A model generated the notes under the pieces. The model saw only the letters and a program-made list of their open reading frames with translations, was not told the origin of the DNA and did no database searches. Shown here piece after piece: positions 1 to 9,544 of a DNA stretch of 64,000 nucleotides; positions within the stretch are counted from its first letter, which is position 1, and every line of letters starts with the position of its first letter. A program made the translations under genes and the position numbers. The DNA comes from Phycisphaerae bacterium (GTDB lineage Bacteria; Planctomycetota; Phycisphaerae; Sedimentisphaerales; UBA12454): contig JBAZTW010000006.1 of assembly GCA_041661665.1 (NCBI GenBank), positions 3,711 through 67,710 of the forward strand. The letters are read 5' to 3'.

Positions 1-1197
1 GCGCCCGTCTATAACTATGCCGGACGTGCCGATAGAGACATCAAATATCGTGCCGTCTTTACGCAGACACAGAAGTTCTGTGATTTTTTTTTCTCCACGC
101 GCCTGAGCCTCAAACTCGGCATATACATAGTCTAAGGCCTCTTTGGGATGAATATTCTCCACGCCTAAACGCATTAACTCTTCTTCTGTGTATCCCAACA
201 TCCTGCATATAGCCGGATTACAATATAGGAATTGCTTCTTTTGCACATCGGCCACGAGTATTCCCTCTACCGCCGTGGAAAACAGTGTCTTATATTTTGA
301 TTCAGACTCCAGCAGCGTTATCTCGGTTTGTTTGCGTTTGGCATCCAGCCTGTTCAGATAAACAGAGAGTATATATACGAATAAACTTATTATAATCATA
401 TTGGAGATTGCTACGAACGTCTCTCCAAATTCATTAGTAAGCAATGCTTTGTTCTCTCCGTGAAGGTTGATATAGCCTATTACCAGCGGAATAATAACAA
501 CAACGGGCAGCATTCTCCGGAGCATCAGGCCGCCATAGTTATCGCTGCTGATAGTCTTCATCAATCCCCGTTCCGGTCTGACATAGAGACACCCGATACA
601 GGACATCAGGGACAATACGCTGGTATGTAGAGCCATAGCGGTATTGAATTTATGACCAATATAGAGTGGGGTTGCGCCATACAAATATCCCACAAATGAT
701 AAAAGAGAGATGATGCCGGTCGGTATAACCAATAACTGAGCCGGCCAGGAAAAAAGTGCGGCTTCAAATCCTACCATAAATAATGCGATGCCTATTAGCA
801 CAAAAATAATAGAAGTATTGAATGCCATCTTTCCCGGAGAACTGGTTAAGATAACCGTTGCCGACTCTTTAAATAAAAGCTGGTCAATGCCGAAATTCCT
901 TCCAAGCATATACTCCCAAAAAACCAGAAACCCTATCGCAAAAACAACAAAAGCGCAAAAACGGGCAATTCCGCGAGCTGCCCGATTGCCCTGCCGCCTT
1001 GTCTGTAACAACCACAGCGATAAGCCGATAAAAATAAAACCTATCGCCGTATTTGCTTTCATCGCGACAAAGTTAGGCGAAATGCTTTTTAAAACTGGGA
1101 TATCGAGAACCCAGCCGACCAACGCAACCAAGCCGCCCAGAAATATACAAACGCTCAATACTTCTGAAATCCTTTTAAATAATTGAGTTTTTTTCAT
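1..1197 (-). CDS. Membrane-bound sensor protein, N-terminal part (multi-TM input domain followed by a PAS domain); the gene continues beyond the left edge
   Basis: Absent from the ORF track because it is open at position 1. A reverse-strand ATG at 1195-1197 opens 399 codons with no stop down to position 1. The product starts MKKTQLFKRISEVLSVCIFLGGLVALVGWVLDIP, has several hydrophobic helices, and ends in a PAS-like segment (ESKYKTLFSTAVEGILVADVQKKQFLYCNPAICRMLGYTEEELMRLGVENIHPKE). The + strand ORF 788-1186 is its antisense shadow. Confidence 0.6.
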   Translation of the reverse strand, partial: MKKTQLFKRISEVLSVCIFLGGLVALVGWVLDIPVLKSISPNFVAMKANTAIGFIFIGLSLWLLQTRRQGNRAARGIARFCAFVVFAIGFLVFWEYMLGRNFGIDQLLFKESATVILTSSPGKMAFNTSIIFVLIGIALFMVGFEAALFSWPAQLLVIPTGIISLLSFVGYLYGATPLYIGHKFNTAMALHTSVLSLMSCIGCLYVRPERGLMKTISSDNYGGLMLRRMLPVVVIIPLVIGYINLHGENKALLTNEFGETFVAISNMIIISLFVYILSVYLNRLDAKRKQTEITLLESESKYKTLFSTAVEGILVADVQKKQFLYCNPAICRMLGYTEEELMRLGVENIHPKEALDYVYAEFEAQARGEKKITELLCLRKDGTIFDVSIGTSGIVIDGR

Positions 1198-1441
1198 GCC
1201 TTAGCCTTAAAATAAACAATTGCCGCAAACACAAAAACGCAATCAGTTATGTCCTATCTCGGTTTTTTTAGGCTTTAACCAAACAGACAACGGCAAATAC
1301 CCTGTTTTTGTCAGAAATACCTGTTTTTTTCTAATAAATCATTCCTCGGAAATCACTTATGGGACGTTCACAAACACCAGCCGGCATCTTTTTTCACAGA
1401 TGCCGCTTGCCAAAATAAATTTCCGGTTTATATTTAAGGCT

Positions 1442-2575
1442 ATGTTCACCGCCTCAAAACCTGACACTTTTGAAAAGCTCCAGATACTAAGCAAAGACTC
1501 GCAATATGACCTGGCTTGCGCCTGCGGCAGCGACAAATCCGAACATCGAACACAGGGCAGCAAAGGCAAATGGATATATCCCGTTACCCTGCCCGGCGGC
1601 GGAGTTTCAAATCTGTTTAAAATCCTCATTTCAAATCACTGTTCAAGCGACTGCAAATACTGCCCGCTCAATAATAATTCCGATACCCAAAGATGCCAGC
1701 TTGACAATAACGAGCTTATAAATGCCTTTTTGGACTATTATAGACGGGGCGAGGTTTTTGGAATTTTCCTCTCCAGCGGCGTAATCGGCAATGCGGACAG
1801 AACGATGGAAAAACTCACCGCCTGCGCGGAAATACTCAGAAATAAACACAACTTCAAAGGCTATATACACTTAAAAATTATTCCCGGCTCAAGCCCCGCA
1901 GCCATTGAAAAAGCAATCAGCCTTTCAAACGCAGTCTCGCTGAATATCGAAACGCCCGGCAAAGAATTTCTCGAAAAATTGTCTATAAAAAAAGACTTCC
2001 TCAAAGATATTGTCGAGCCGATGAAACTTATCAGCAAATTGACCGCTGAAAGCCAAAAAAGGGTCAAACAAACCACCCAGTTTATCGTCGGCGCAGCCGG
2101 CGAATCCGACCGCCAGATTGTAAATTACACACAGGCCTTATATGAAAGACTCAATATGGGCAGGGTTTATTTTTCCGCTTATCAGCCGCCCGTGCAGAAT
2201 AATCCGCAATCTTTTATCCGCGAACACCGACTTTATCAGGTGGATTTTTTATTCCGCAAATACGGATTCAACTCATCAGATATATTTTACGATAATGATG
2301 GTCGCCTATCTATCGATACCGACCCGAAAGAACTCTGGGCAAAGAACCATCCTGAAGCATTTCCTGTAAACATAAACACAGCAACAAGATACAATCTTTT
2401 ACGAGTGCCCGGCCTTGGCCATATTACAGTCGAAAAAATTTTGCAGATGCGAAAATCAGCAAAATTAACCTCGATTGACGATATTGGTAAAGTAGATGTA
2501 AGGCTCAAAAAGGCGGACAAATATCTTGAATTTGCCGGCGCCGCAAAAAATAAGATGTATTTGTTCAATTTTTAA
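1442..2575 (+). CDS. Radical SAM protein of the putative DNA modification/repair type with a C-terminal helix-hairpin-helix
   Basis: The track ORF 1220-2575 starts at TTG. The conserved part begins near ATG 1442 (MFTASKPDTFEKLQILSKDSQYDLACACG). It has a CxxxCxxC cluster motif (C-SSD-C-KY-C) and a C-terminal HhH (LLRVPGLGHITVEKIL). The start is uncertain (1400 or 1442). Confidence 0.7.
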   Translation: MFTASKPDTFEKLQILSKDSQYDLACACGSDKSEHRTQGSKGKWIYPVTLPGGGVSNLFKILISNHCSSDCKYCPLNNNSDTQRCQLDNNELINAFLDYYRRGEVFGIFLSSGVIGNADRTMEKLTACAEILRNKHNFKGYIHLKIIPGSSPAAIEKAISLSNAVSLNIETPGKEFLEKLSIKKDFLKDIVEPMKLISKLTAESQKRVKQTTQFIVGAAGESDRQIVNYTQALYERLNMGRVYFSAYQPPVQNNPQSFIREHRLYQVDFLFRKYGFNSSDIFYDNDGRLSIDTDPKELWAKNHPEAFPVNINTATRYNLLRVPGLGHITVEKILQMRKSAKLTSIDDIGKVDVRLKKADKYLEFAGAAKNKMYLFNF

Positions 2576-2576
2576 C

Positions 2577-2604
2577 TTGAAATTTGCCCGCAAATCCCTA
2601 TCAT
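2577..2604 (+). promoter_or_regulatory. Candidate sigma-70-type promoter of rpsU
   Basis: TTGAAA (2577-2582), a 16-nt spacer, then TATCAT (2599-2604), about 60 nt upstream of the rpsU ATG. Confidence 0.35.
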
Positions 2605-2662
2605 TTGGGCTTTCGTCCCCTGTGGATAGTAGAAATTTTTGTCTGGAAAGGTGTTGATATCA

Positions 2663-2851
2663 ATGATTAAGGTTAAAGCTCGCCTTGGCGAGTCGGTTGA
2701 ACAAATGGTTAAGCGTTTCAAGAAGATGTGCGAAAAAGAAGGTCTAATTCGTGATATGAAGCGCGTAAGTTATTATGAGAAGCCTTCCGAGAAGAACCGC
2801 AGAAGAAGACGCAAAGCCGCACGTTCTGTGCAGTTATCCACTCGATACTAA
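2663..2851 (+). CDS. rpsU: 30S ribosomal protein bS21
   Basis: MIKVKARLGESVEQMVKRFKKMCEKEGLIRDMKRVSYYEKPSEKNRRRRRKAARS is a typical S21 sequence. ATG 2663 is preferred over the track start at 2639. Confidence 0.9.
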   Translation: MIKVKARLGESVEQMVKRFKKMCEKEGLIRDMKRVSYYEKPSEKNRRRRRKAARSVQLSTRY

Positions 2852-2884
2852 AGCTCTGCGATATTTGATTTTTGGATTATTACA

Positions 2885-2915
2885 AGCCGGATGCGAAAGC
2901 GTCCGGCTTTTTTTA
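2885..2915 (+). terminator. Rho-independent terminator after rpsU
   Basis: Stem GCCGGATGC / GCGTCCGGC with a GAAA loop, followed by a run of 7 T. Confidence 0.75.
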
Positions 2916-3077
2916 TGTGCGTAAATCCTTTATTTGCGTATCGACAGGCAACGTAAAATAAAGAGTTATGATGGTTTTTCCCTTCGACAAGCCCAGGGCA
3001 GGCAGAGGCCGCAGAGATTTCTGACTACTGATTATTGGCTATTTACTAATGTTTTTGCCACTGATTTACACTGTTGT

Positions 3078-3464
3078 TTAATTTCCCAAAACGTGTTCGG
3101 CTGCGAACAGGGGCACATCGGTAGCGATTCCAACTGCGATAGCATCTGATGGTCTTGCGTCAACCGTGATTTTCCTGTCGTTTATGCTTATATGAATTGT
3201 CGCGTAATAGGTGTGATTTTTCATATCGCTGATTACGACTTTATCTATTTTTGCGCCGAGCGAGCCGATGATATTGCCCAGTAAATCGTGCGTTAAAGGT
3301 CGAAGCGGCATTTTGCCCTTGAGCCTGCGGTCGATGGCCATAATTTCAACTATGCCGATGACAATGGGCAGAGTTCGACTGCCGTGCTTTTCCTTCAGGA
3401 CGATTACCTGCTGGTCGGAAGCCTCATCAATTACTATCCGCGATAATTCTACTTCTATTTCCAT
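3078..3464 (-). CDS. Bifunctional nuclease (BFN/DUF151) domain protein
   Basis: 128 aa. LPIVIGIVEIMAIDRRL, PLTHDLL and DARPSDAIAVG are typical of the BFN domain family. Confidence 0.75.
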   Translation of the reverse strand: MEIEVELSRIVIDEASDQQVIVLKEKHGSRTLPIVIGIVEIMAIDRRLKGKMPLRPLTHDLLGNIIGSLGAKIDKVVISDMKNHTYYATIHISINDRKITVDARPSDAIAVGIATDVPLFAAEHVLGN

Positions 3465-3469
3465 AAAAA

Positions 3470-3538
3470 CAGTTATCAGAAACTCAGTTATCAGTTATCA
3501 GTAAAATAAATTCGTGTTTATTTGTGTTCATTCGTGGC
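3470..3538. repeat. Short tandem word block (CAGTTATCAG units) plus a degenerate CACAGAG-family copy, abutting the valS stop codon
   Basis: cagttatcagaaactcagttatcagttatcagtaaaa (3470-3506) recurs at 15541-15556. ttcgtgtttatttgtgttcattcgtggc (3511-3538) parallels cctttgtgtctttgtgccttcgtggc at 17285-17310. Confidence 0.6.
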
Positions 3539-6261
3539 TATTTTAGTTCCGCTAAATTTTTCTCAATCGCTTCGAGCTGTTCTTTTGCCTCGGTGAGTTT
3601 CTGCTTTGTCTGCTCGACAAATTCAGGTTTGGCTCTGGAGACGAAATTTTCATTTCCTAATTTGGCTTCGTAGGATTTTACTATGCCGGTAAGTTCGTCT
3701 TTCTGCTTTTGCAGTCTTTTTGATTCTGCCTGTGTGTCGATGATGTCATTAACAAAGACCTGAATCTGCTCGACGATGCCCGCTGCGGCGGTTTGCGGCT
3801 TTTGCTCATCGGGTGAAGCGGAGAATTTTTCCAGAGCGGCTCTATCGCAGATTAAATCAGCGTTGTTATTGAGAATCTCGGCGATGTCGGCAGGGGCATT
3901 GGCTGTCGCAACGAGTTTTTTGTTAGGAGCGACTGCGTATTTGTTTCTGATTTCACGAATTACACGCACGACTTCCTGGACATCGGTAATATCATCTTCG
4001 ATTTCAGGCTCGACGAGGTCATTAAGGCCATTCGGCCAATCAGCGATAACCAAAGCGGCCTTTTTGTCAAATTCAATAATACCTTTAAGGCCTCTTTGCG
4101 GTGCGATTTCATTCAGTTTCTGGAATATGCCCTCGGTAATGAAAGGCAGAAACGGATGTAGGAGCCGCAGCGTGCTGTCAAGTACAAAAGCCAGGACGTT
4201 TTGAGCGGTTTGCTTTTGGCTGTCATCTCTTAATCTCGATTTCGACCATTCGAGATACCAATCGCAAAGGTCGTTCCAGAAGAAGCGGTAAATCGCCATC
4301 AGCGGCTCGCTGAATTTAAACTCATCAAACGCGGCATTTACTTCATTTACAGTTTTCGCCAGTCTCGACAAAATCCATTTGTCGGTAATGTGCAGTTTGG
4401 CCGGGTCGAATGCATTGAAATCAATTCCTTCGAGATTCATCATCGCAAAGCGTGATGCGTTCCAGAGTTTGTTGCAGAAGTTTCTGCCGATATCGAATTT
4501 CTCGCTGGTGTTTTTGCCCTGCGCATCTTTGGCCACCGGCAGGCGGACATCCTGACTTTCGGTTGTCATCTGGCAGAGGCTGAATCGCATTGCATCAGCG
4601 CCGTAAGTTTCGATAATGTCGAGCGGGTCGATGCCATTGCCTTTGCTCTTGCTCATTCTTTCGCCGTTGCCGTCGAGGATTGTCGGGTGAATGAATACAT
4701 CGCGGAAGGGCACATCGCCCATATTTTCCAGACCCATCATAACCATTCGCGAGACCCAAAGCGTGATGATGTCGCGGGCGGTTACGAGCGTGCTTGTCGG
4801 ATAATAAAATTTCAGTTCGTCAGTTTGCTGCGGCCAGCCGAGTGTGCTGTGAGGCCAAAGGGCGGAACTGAACCATGTATCGAGGACATCTTTGTCCTGC
4901 TCGATATTTTTCGAGCCGCATTTTTCACATTGCGTCGGGTCGTCGATACCGGTGCTGAGATGGTCGCAGTCTTTGCAGTACCAAATCGGGATTCGATGTC
5001 CCCACCAGAGCTGGCGGCTGATGCACCAGTCGCGGATGCCGTAGAGCCAGTCGAGATAGCTTTTGCCGTAGCGTTCGGGATGGAATTTGATTCTGCCGTC
5101 TTCGACTGCTTTGATTGCTTCTTTGGCCAAAGGCTTAACGCTTACGAACCACTGGTCGGAAAGATATGGCTCGATTATATCGCCGCTGCGGTCGGAATGG
5201 CCGACCTGCATTTCTCGCGGCTCGACTTTTTCGAGCAGACCGGCAGTCTGCAAATCCTCGACAACCGCTTTTCTTGCTTTGAAACGGTCGAGTCCTGCGT
5301 ATTTGCCGCCGTTTTCGTTAATTTTGCCGTCCGGCGTGAGGATATTTATCATTTCAAGTTTATGCCGCTGTCCGATTTCGTAGTCGTTCGGGTCGTGGGC
5401 GGGCGTAACTTTCAGACAGCCTGTGCCTTCGCCGAGTTTAACGTGGTCGTCTGCGATAATAGGAATTTGCCTGTCAGTCAAAGGCAGTTTGATTTTTTTG
5501 CCGACGAGTTTGGCGGCTCTTGAGTCCTTTGGATTTATCGCAACGGCTGTATCGCCGAGCATTGTCTCCGGCCTTGTCGTCGCAACCGTTACGAAACCGC
5601 TGCCGTCAGTCAGCGGATAATGGATATACCAGAAATTGCCCTGCACGGTTTTGTGAACGACTTCATCATCAGCGACAGCGGTTTGCAAAACGGAATCCCA
5701 GTTGACTAATCTCTTGCCGCGATAGATTAGGCCTTTTTTGAAAAGGTTGACAAATGTATGCCGAACTGCTTTTGCGCACATATCGTCGAGTGTAAAGCGT
5801 GTTCTGTCCCAGTCGCAGCTTGCGCCGATTCGTTTCAGTTGTTCGAGAATTCTGTTGCCATATTGTTCTTTCCACTGCCAAATCATTTCGACGAGTTTTT
5901 CGCGTCCGATGTCGTGGCGGGTTTGGCCGGTCTGTGCTTTGAGATTTTTTTCAACGACTGATTGCGTCGCGATTCCCGCGTGGTCTGTGCCGGGCATCCA
6001 AAGTGTGTTGAAGCCCTGCATCCTTTTGTAGCGGATTAGCACATCCTGAAGCGTGTTGTCGATGGCGTGTCCCAGATGCAAAGCGCCGGTAACATTCGGC
6101 GGGGGAATGACGATTGTATAGGGTTTTCCGCCCCCGCTCTTGCTTTCGCAAGAAAGCGCGGGGGCAGGGGTGGTATGAAAATAATTTCCCTTGGCCCATA
6201 TTTCACTTGCCAGGGCTTCTATCTGGTTCGGCTCATAAACTGTTGACAGCATTTCAGTCAT
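3538..6261 (-). CDS. valS: Valine--tRNA ligase
   Basis: 907 aa with the class I HIGH motif (PNVTGALHLGH), KMSKS (RMSKSKGN) and a C-terminal coiled coil, as in ValRS. Confidence 0.97.
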   Translation of the reverse strand: MTEMLSTVYEPNQIEALASEIWAKGNYFHTTPAPALSCESKSGGGKPYTIVIPPPNVTGALHLGHAIDNTLQDVLIRYKRMQGFNTLWMPGTDHAGIATQSVVEKNLKAQTGQTRHDIGREKLVEMIWQWKEQYGNRILEQLKRIGASCDWDRTRFTLDDMCAKAVRHTFVNLFKKGLIYRGKRLVNWDSVLQTAVADDEVVHKTVQGNFWYIHYPLTDGSGFVTVATTRPETMLGDTAVAINPKDSRAAKLVGKKIKLPLTDRQIPIIADDHVKLGEGTGCLKVTPAHDPNDYEIGQRHKLEMINILTPDGKINENGGKYAGLDRFKARKAVVEDLQTAGLLEKVEPREMQVGHSDRSGDIIEPYLSDQWFVSVKPLAKEAIKAVEDGRIKFHPERYGKSYLDWLYGIRDWCISRQLWWGHRIPIWYCKDCDHLSTGIDDPTQCEKCGSKNIEQDKDVLDTWFSSALWPHSTLGWPQQTDELKFYYPTSTLVTARDIITLWVSRMVMMGLENMGDVPFRDVFIHPTILDGNGERMSKSKGNGIDPLDIIETYGADAMRFSLCQMTTESQDVRLPVAKDAQGKNTSEKFDIGRNFCNKLWNASRFAMMNLEGIDFNAFDPAKLHITDKWILSRLAKTVNEVNAAFDEFKFSEPLMAIYRFFWNDLCDWYLEWSKSRLRDDSQKQTAQNVLAFVLDSTLRLLHPFLPFITEGIFQKLNEIAPQRGLKGIIEFDKKAALVIADWPNGLNDLVEPEIEDDITDVQEVVRVIREIRNKYAVAPNKKLVATANAPADIAEILNNNADLICDRAALEKFSASPDEQKPQTAAAGIVEQIQVFVNDIIDTQAESKRLQKQKDELTGIVKSYEAKLGNENFVSRAKPEFVEQTKQKLTEAKEQLEAIEKNLAELK

Positions 6262-6386
6262 AAATCTTATCCGTTCTTGATGTTATGTCATTTAGTCGGA
6301 AAATTTTGAAGTGGTAATTCTAACAAAAAAAGATTGTCTTGGCTAATACATTTTTGCAGCGGATATGGCGAGCAATGACGTGCCTT

Positions 6387-6767
6387 TTATTTGGAAACCT
6401 TATGGCTTATCGCATTTTCGATTTTTTCTCTCAAATCCATCGGGTCAAACGGCTTGGTAACGTATTCAAGGATGCCGTAACTGTGAGCGATATCTATATC
6501 TCTTGGGTCTGAATGCGCGGTCAGCATTATTACAGGAATATGTTTCCAGTCCGGGTTGCTGCGCAGTTCTTCGAGCATTTGAAAGCCGGTCATTACAGGC
6601 ATACCGGCATCAAGCAGGATAAGGTCTGGTTTTTTGACGGCTATTTTGTCTAAACCGTCTTGGCCGTTTGTTGCGGTTATAACCTCATAGCCCCATTTTT
6701 TCAGGCTATAAGAAACGATTCTTAAAATATCCGGCTCGTCATCAACAACTAAGATTCTATCTGGCAT
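6387..6767 (-). CDS. Stand-alone response regulator receiver (CheY-like)
   Basis: 126 aa. MPDRILVVDDEPDIL, the phospho-acceptor context LILLDAGMP, and a conserved T and K downstream. No output domain. Confidence 0.9.
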   Translation of the reverse strand: MPDRILVVDDEPDILRIVSYSLKKWGYEVITATNGQDGLDKIAVKKPDLILLDAGMPVMTGFQMLEELRSNPDWKHIPVIMLTAHSDPRDIDIAHSYGILEYVTKPFDPMDLREKIENAISHKVSK

Positions 6768-9391
6768 GGTATTTTCTCCATAGGTAATTCAAAATAAAAA
6801 GTTGTTCCTTTTTCGTAATCGGATTCGACCCATATTCTGCCGCCGTGGCTTTCTATGATTTTTTTGGAAATCACAAGGCCTAAACCTGTACCGCCTGTTT
6901 TTCTGTCGGCATCTTTAGTGGCTAATTGTTGAAATTCCACGAACAGCTTGTGCATATCTTCGGGTTTGATTCCACCTCCAGTGTCTTTAACGGCAATAGT
7001 AACCTTATCGTCTGTGCGGGAAGTGGTAATTTTTACGCTGCCCGTTTCGGTGAATTTAACGGCATTGCTTACAAGGTTGGTTAATACCTGAATAATTTTA
7101 TCCTTATCGAAATTCACAAGCGGTACCGCATCATCAAGTTCGATTATAAGCTCAAGACCTTTCTCTTTGGCCAGCGGCCTCATTGTTTCTTCAACAGCCT
7201 CTACTACTTCATTTATATTTGCGGGCTTGGGATTAAAATCCATTCTGCCGGCAGTCATTTTCTGGTAATCCAGAACATCGTTTATCAATCGAGCGAGCCG
7301 GTCGACGTTTCTTTTCGCGATGCCCAAAAACTCCTTTTGGTCGTCGTTGAGCGGTCCGGTGGTTTCGCTATATACCAAATTTACGGCTTCTTTTATAGAT
7401 GTCAGAGGCGTTCGCAATTCGTGCGATGCTGTGGAAATGAATTTCGATTTCATTTCGAGGACAGCCTGCATTTCTTTTTCAGCTTTTTTGCGGAGAGTAA
7501 TGTCTTCCTTGTTTGCGACAAAATGCGTTATGACTCCGGCATCATTGATAACTGGCGAAACAGATGCATTTTCGAAATAGATATCACCGTTTTTCCTCTT
7601 GTTACAGAATTCACCTTGCCATTTATGTCCGGATTTAATTGTATCCCACAAACGTGTGTACTCTTCCGGTGGTGTTTGGCCCGATTTCAATATGCGCGGG
7701 TTTTTCCCAATAACTTCTTCAGAGGTATAGCCCGTCAGTTCCACAAACTTGGGGTTCACATATTCGATGTTACCTTCGGGGTTTGTGATGACAATACAAG
7801 CGGGGTTCTGTTCGACAGCGAGCGATAACTTACGCAGTCCATCTTCAGCTTTTTTGCTCTCGGTTATATCTCGAACAGTGGCTTGTACTACTTTTTTGTT
7901 GTTGATTTCCGTGCTCGTCAATAAAACTGTGGCAGGAAACTCTGTGTTGTCCATACGCTTATGCATCCACTCAAAGAAATGGCTGTCTTTTTCCATTGCT
8001 ATTTTTACCATTTCCTGTGCCTTTGCGGAAGATGCGGTACCATCGGGCTGATATTCCGGCGATAAATCCGCCGGTGTCAAAGAGGTAAATTCTTTTTCAT
8101 CTTTACAGCCAAACAATTTTAATGTTGCCGGATTACCGCTTAAAAATCCCTTTTCATCTAATACCATGATGGCATCATGGGAGCTTTCAAAAAGGTTGTG
8201 GTATTTCTCCTCGCTTTCTCGCAGTTTCTGCTCTGCCCATTTACGCTGGACAATTTGTTTATTGAGGCTTTCAATAGAGGTTGTTTTGCCTTTTAAATTT
8301 TCGGTCATTGTATCAAATGCGCGAGAAAGCTGTCCTATCTCATCTTTTGCGTCAGTGCCTACCTTGTGATTCAAATTGCCGCTGCCGATTATTTCGGTTC
8401 CCTTATGCAGTTTGTGAATCGGCTTAGAAATAACTCTGGCAATCGATATGCTTGATAACCAGACGGCATTGACCGCTATAAATAAAGTGATGAAAAATAA
8501 CAACCGCAGTTTTGCCAAGGGCGCAAACGCTTCCTTTGCTTCTATCTCGGCACAAACCCCCCACTTCATCTGGGGTATGAATTCATGTGCCCCCATAACC
8601 TGCACACCGCGATAATCAGGAAAAACATTAGCAATTTCCTTTCCGGATAATATGTGTTCCCTGCCTTTATGTAAATGAGCCCTCCTTGCATTTTCAGTAT
8701 CCACCCTCTGTTTTAAAACGGCATCATCTATGAATCTGGAAGGAGTAATCATAAATCCGTACTTATTAACGATATATATTTCGCCGGTCTTACCCAAACC
8801 GGTACTATTCGTAACGATATTATTTAACTCATTTAATTTCACCCTTGCCACAAGCACGCCCAATAAATCCCCTGTATGACTGTCTAAAAATGGCGCAGAT
8901 ACGGCGATTAAAGGCTCTTTAACGATTTCAGAATAATATGCATCCCTGATAAAGATGTTTTTCTGCCCGCCGAGAAAATAAGCATCCGCGGACTTATCTG
9001 CTCCGATGCTGCTTTCATTACTGGAGGCTGTTACTTTTCCCGCTGCATCCAGCAGCATAAATTCAGATATTGAAGAATTAACCTCTCTGGTTTTTTTGAG
9101 CCTGCGCATAGCCTGCTGGAAAGCTTCGTCATACCGGGAATCTTCCTTGGTTTTTATTTTTAAAAAATCCTCCAGAACTACACTTTTAGATAACTGTCCG
9201 ACAGACATTTCCAGCATTTCGAGGTAGGTTTCTATATGATTGGTTCGCGAGGCAGCCGCCACGGCTAAATTGTTATTTATAGACTTCTGCAAATCATTCT
9301 TCACAATTAAATAGACAAAAGTTCCGGCAACGCTCATAACAATCAGGGCAACGGTAAGAAAAGAAAGGCTTATTTTATTTGCTATTTTCAT
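6749..9391 (-). CDS. Sensor histidine kinase (Cache-like periplasmic domain, HAMP, two PAS, HisKA, HATPase)
   Basis: 880 aa. N-terminal TM, a roughly 270-aa extracytoplasmic region, a second TM and HAMP. Two PAS segments, an H-box (SHELRTPLTSI) and a G-box (GGTGLGLVISKKIIESHGGRIW). It overlaps the downstream receiver gene by 19 nt. Confidence 0.9.
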   Translation of the reverse strand: MKIANKISLSFLTVALIVMSVAGTFVYLIVKNDLQKSINNNLAVAAASRTNHIETYLEMLEMSVGQLSKSVVLEDFLKIKTKEDSRYDEAFQQAMRRLKKTREVNSSISEFMLLDAAGKVTASSNESSIGADKSADAYFLGGQKNIFIRDAYYSEIVKEPLIAVSAPFLDSHTGDLLGVLVARVKLNELNNIVTNSTGLGKTGEIYIVNKYGFMITPSRFIDDAVLKQRVDTENARRAHLHKGREHILSGKEIANVFPDYRGVQVMGAHEFIPQMKWGVCAEIEAKEAFAPLAKLRLLFFITLFIAVNAVWLSSISIARVISKPIHKLHKGTEIIGSGNLNHKVGTDAKDEIGQLSRAFDTMTENLKGKTTSIESLNKQIVQRKWAEQKLRESEEKYHNLFESSHDAIMVLDEKGFLSGNPATLKLFGCKDEKEFTSLTPADLSPEYQPDGTASSAKAQEMVKIAMEKDSHFFEWMHKRMDNTEFPATVLLTSTEINNKKVVQATVRDITESKKAEDGLRKLSLAVEQNPACIVITNPEGNIEYVNPKFVELTGYTSEEVIGKNPRILKSGQTPPEEYTRLWDTIKSGHKWQGEFCNKRKNGDIYFENASVSPVINDAGVITHFVANKEDITLRKKAEKEMQAVLEMKSKFISTASHELRTPLTSIKEAVNLVYSETTGPLNDDQKEFLGIAKRNVDRLARLINDVLDYQKMTAGRMDFNPKPANINEVVEAVEETMRPLAKEKGLELIIELDDAVPLVNFDKDKIIQVLTNLVSNAVKFTETGSVKITTSRTDDKVTIAVKDTGGGIKPEDMHKLFVEFQQLATKDADRKTGGTGLGLVISKKIIESHGGRIWVESDYEKGTTFYFELPMEKIPCQIES

Positions 9392-9544
9392 AGATATTTC
9401 CCCAAAAGGTATTGCCAGTGGGTTTATCGGCTTGAACTTGCCGTACTATTACCTTAAACTCCGTTATCTATGGCTTTTGCGGATATTCCGAGGTGTGAGC
9501 ATTTATTTTAAGGGGATTTGTTTTGTTATCGGACTAATGCGGAA

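Noticed and set aside
788-1186. 132-aa + strand ORF in the track
   Set aside because: It lies entirely antisense to the uninterrupted 399-codon sensor gene (1-1197, minus strand). The product is low-complexity with no start context, so this is a shadow ORF.
3776-6199. Multiple ORFs of 61-278 aa overlapping valS, mostly antisense (for example 4687-5523)
   Set aside because: They are embedded in a gene with unambiguous ValRS motifs. Their products are Arg/Ala/Ser-rich with no motifs, as is typical of overlapping off-frame or antisense shadow frames.
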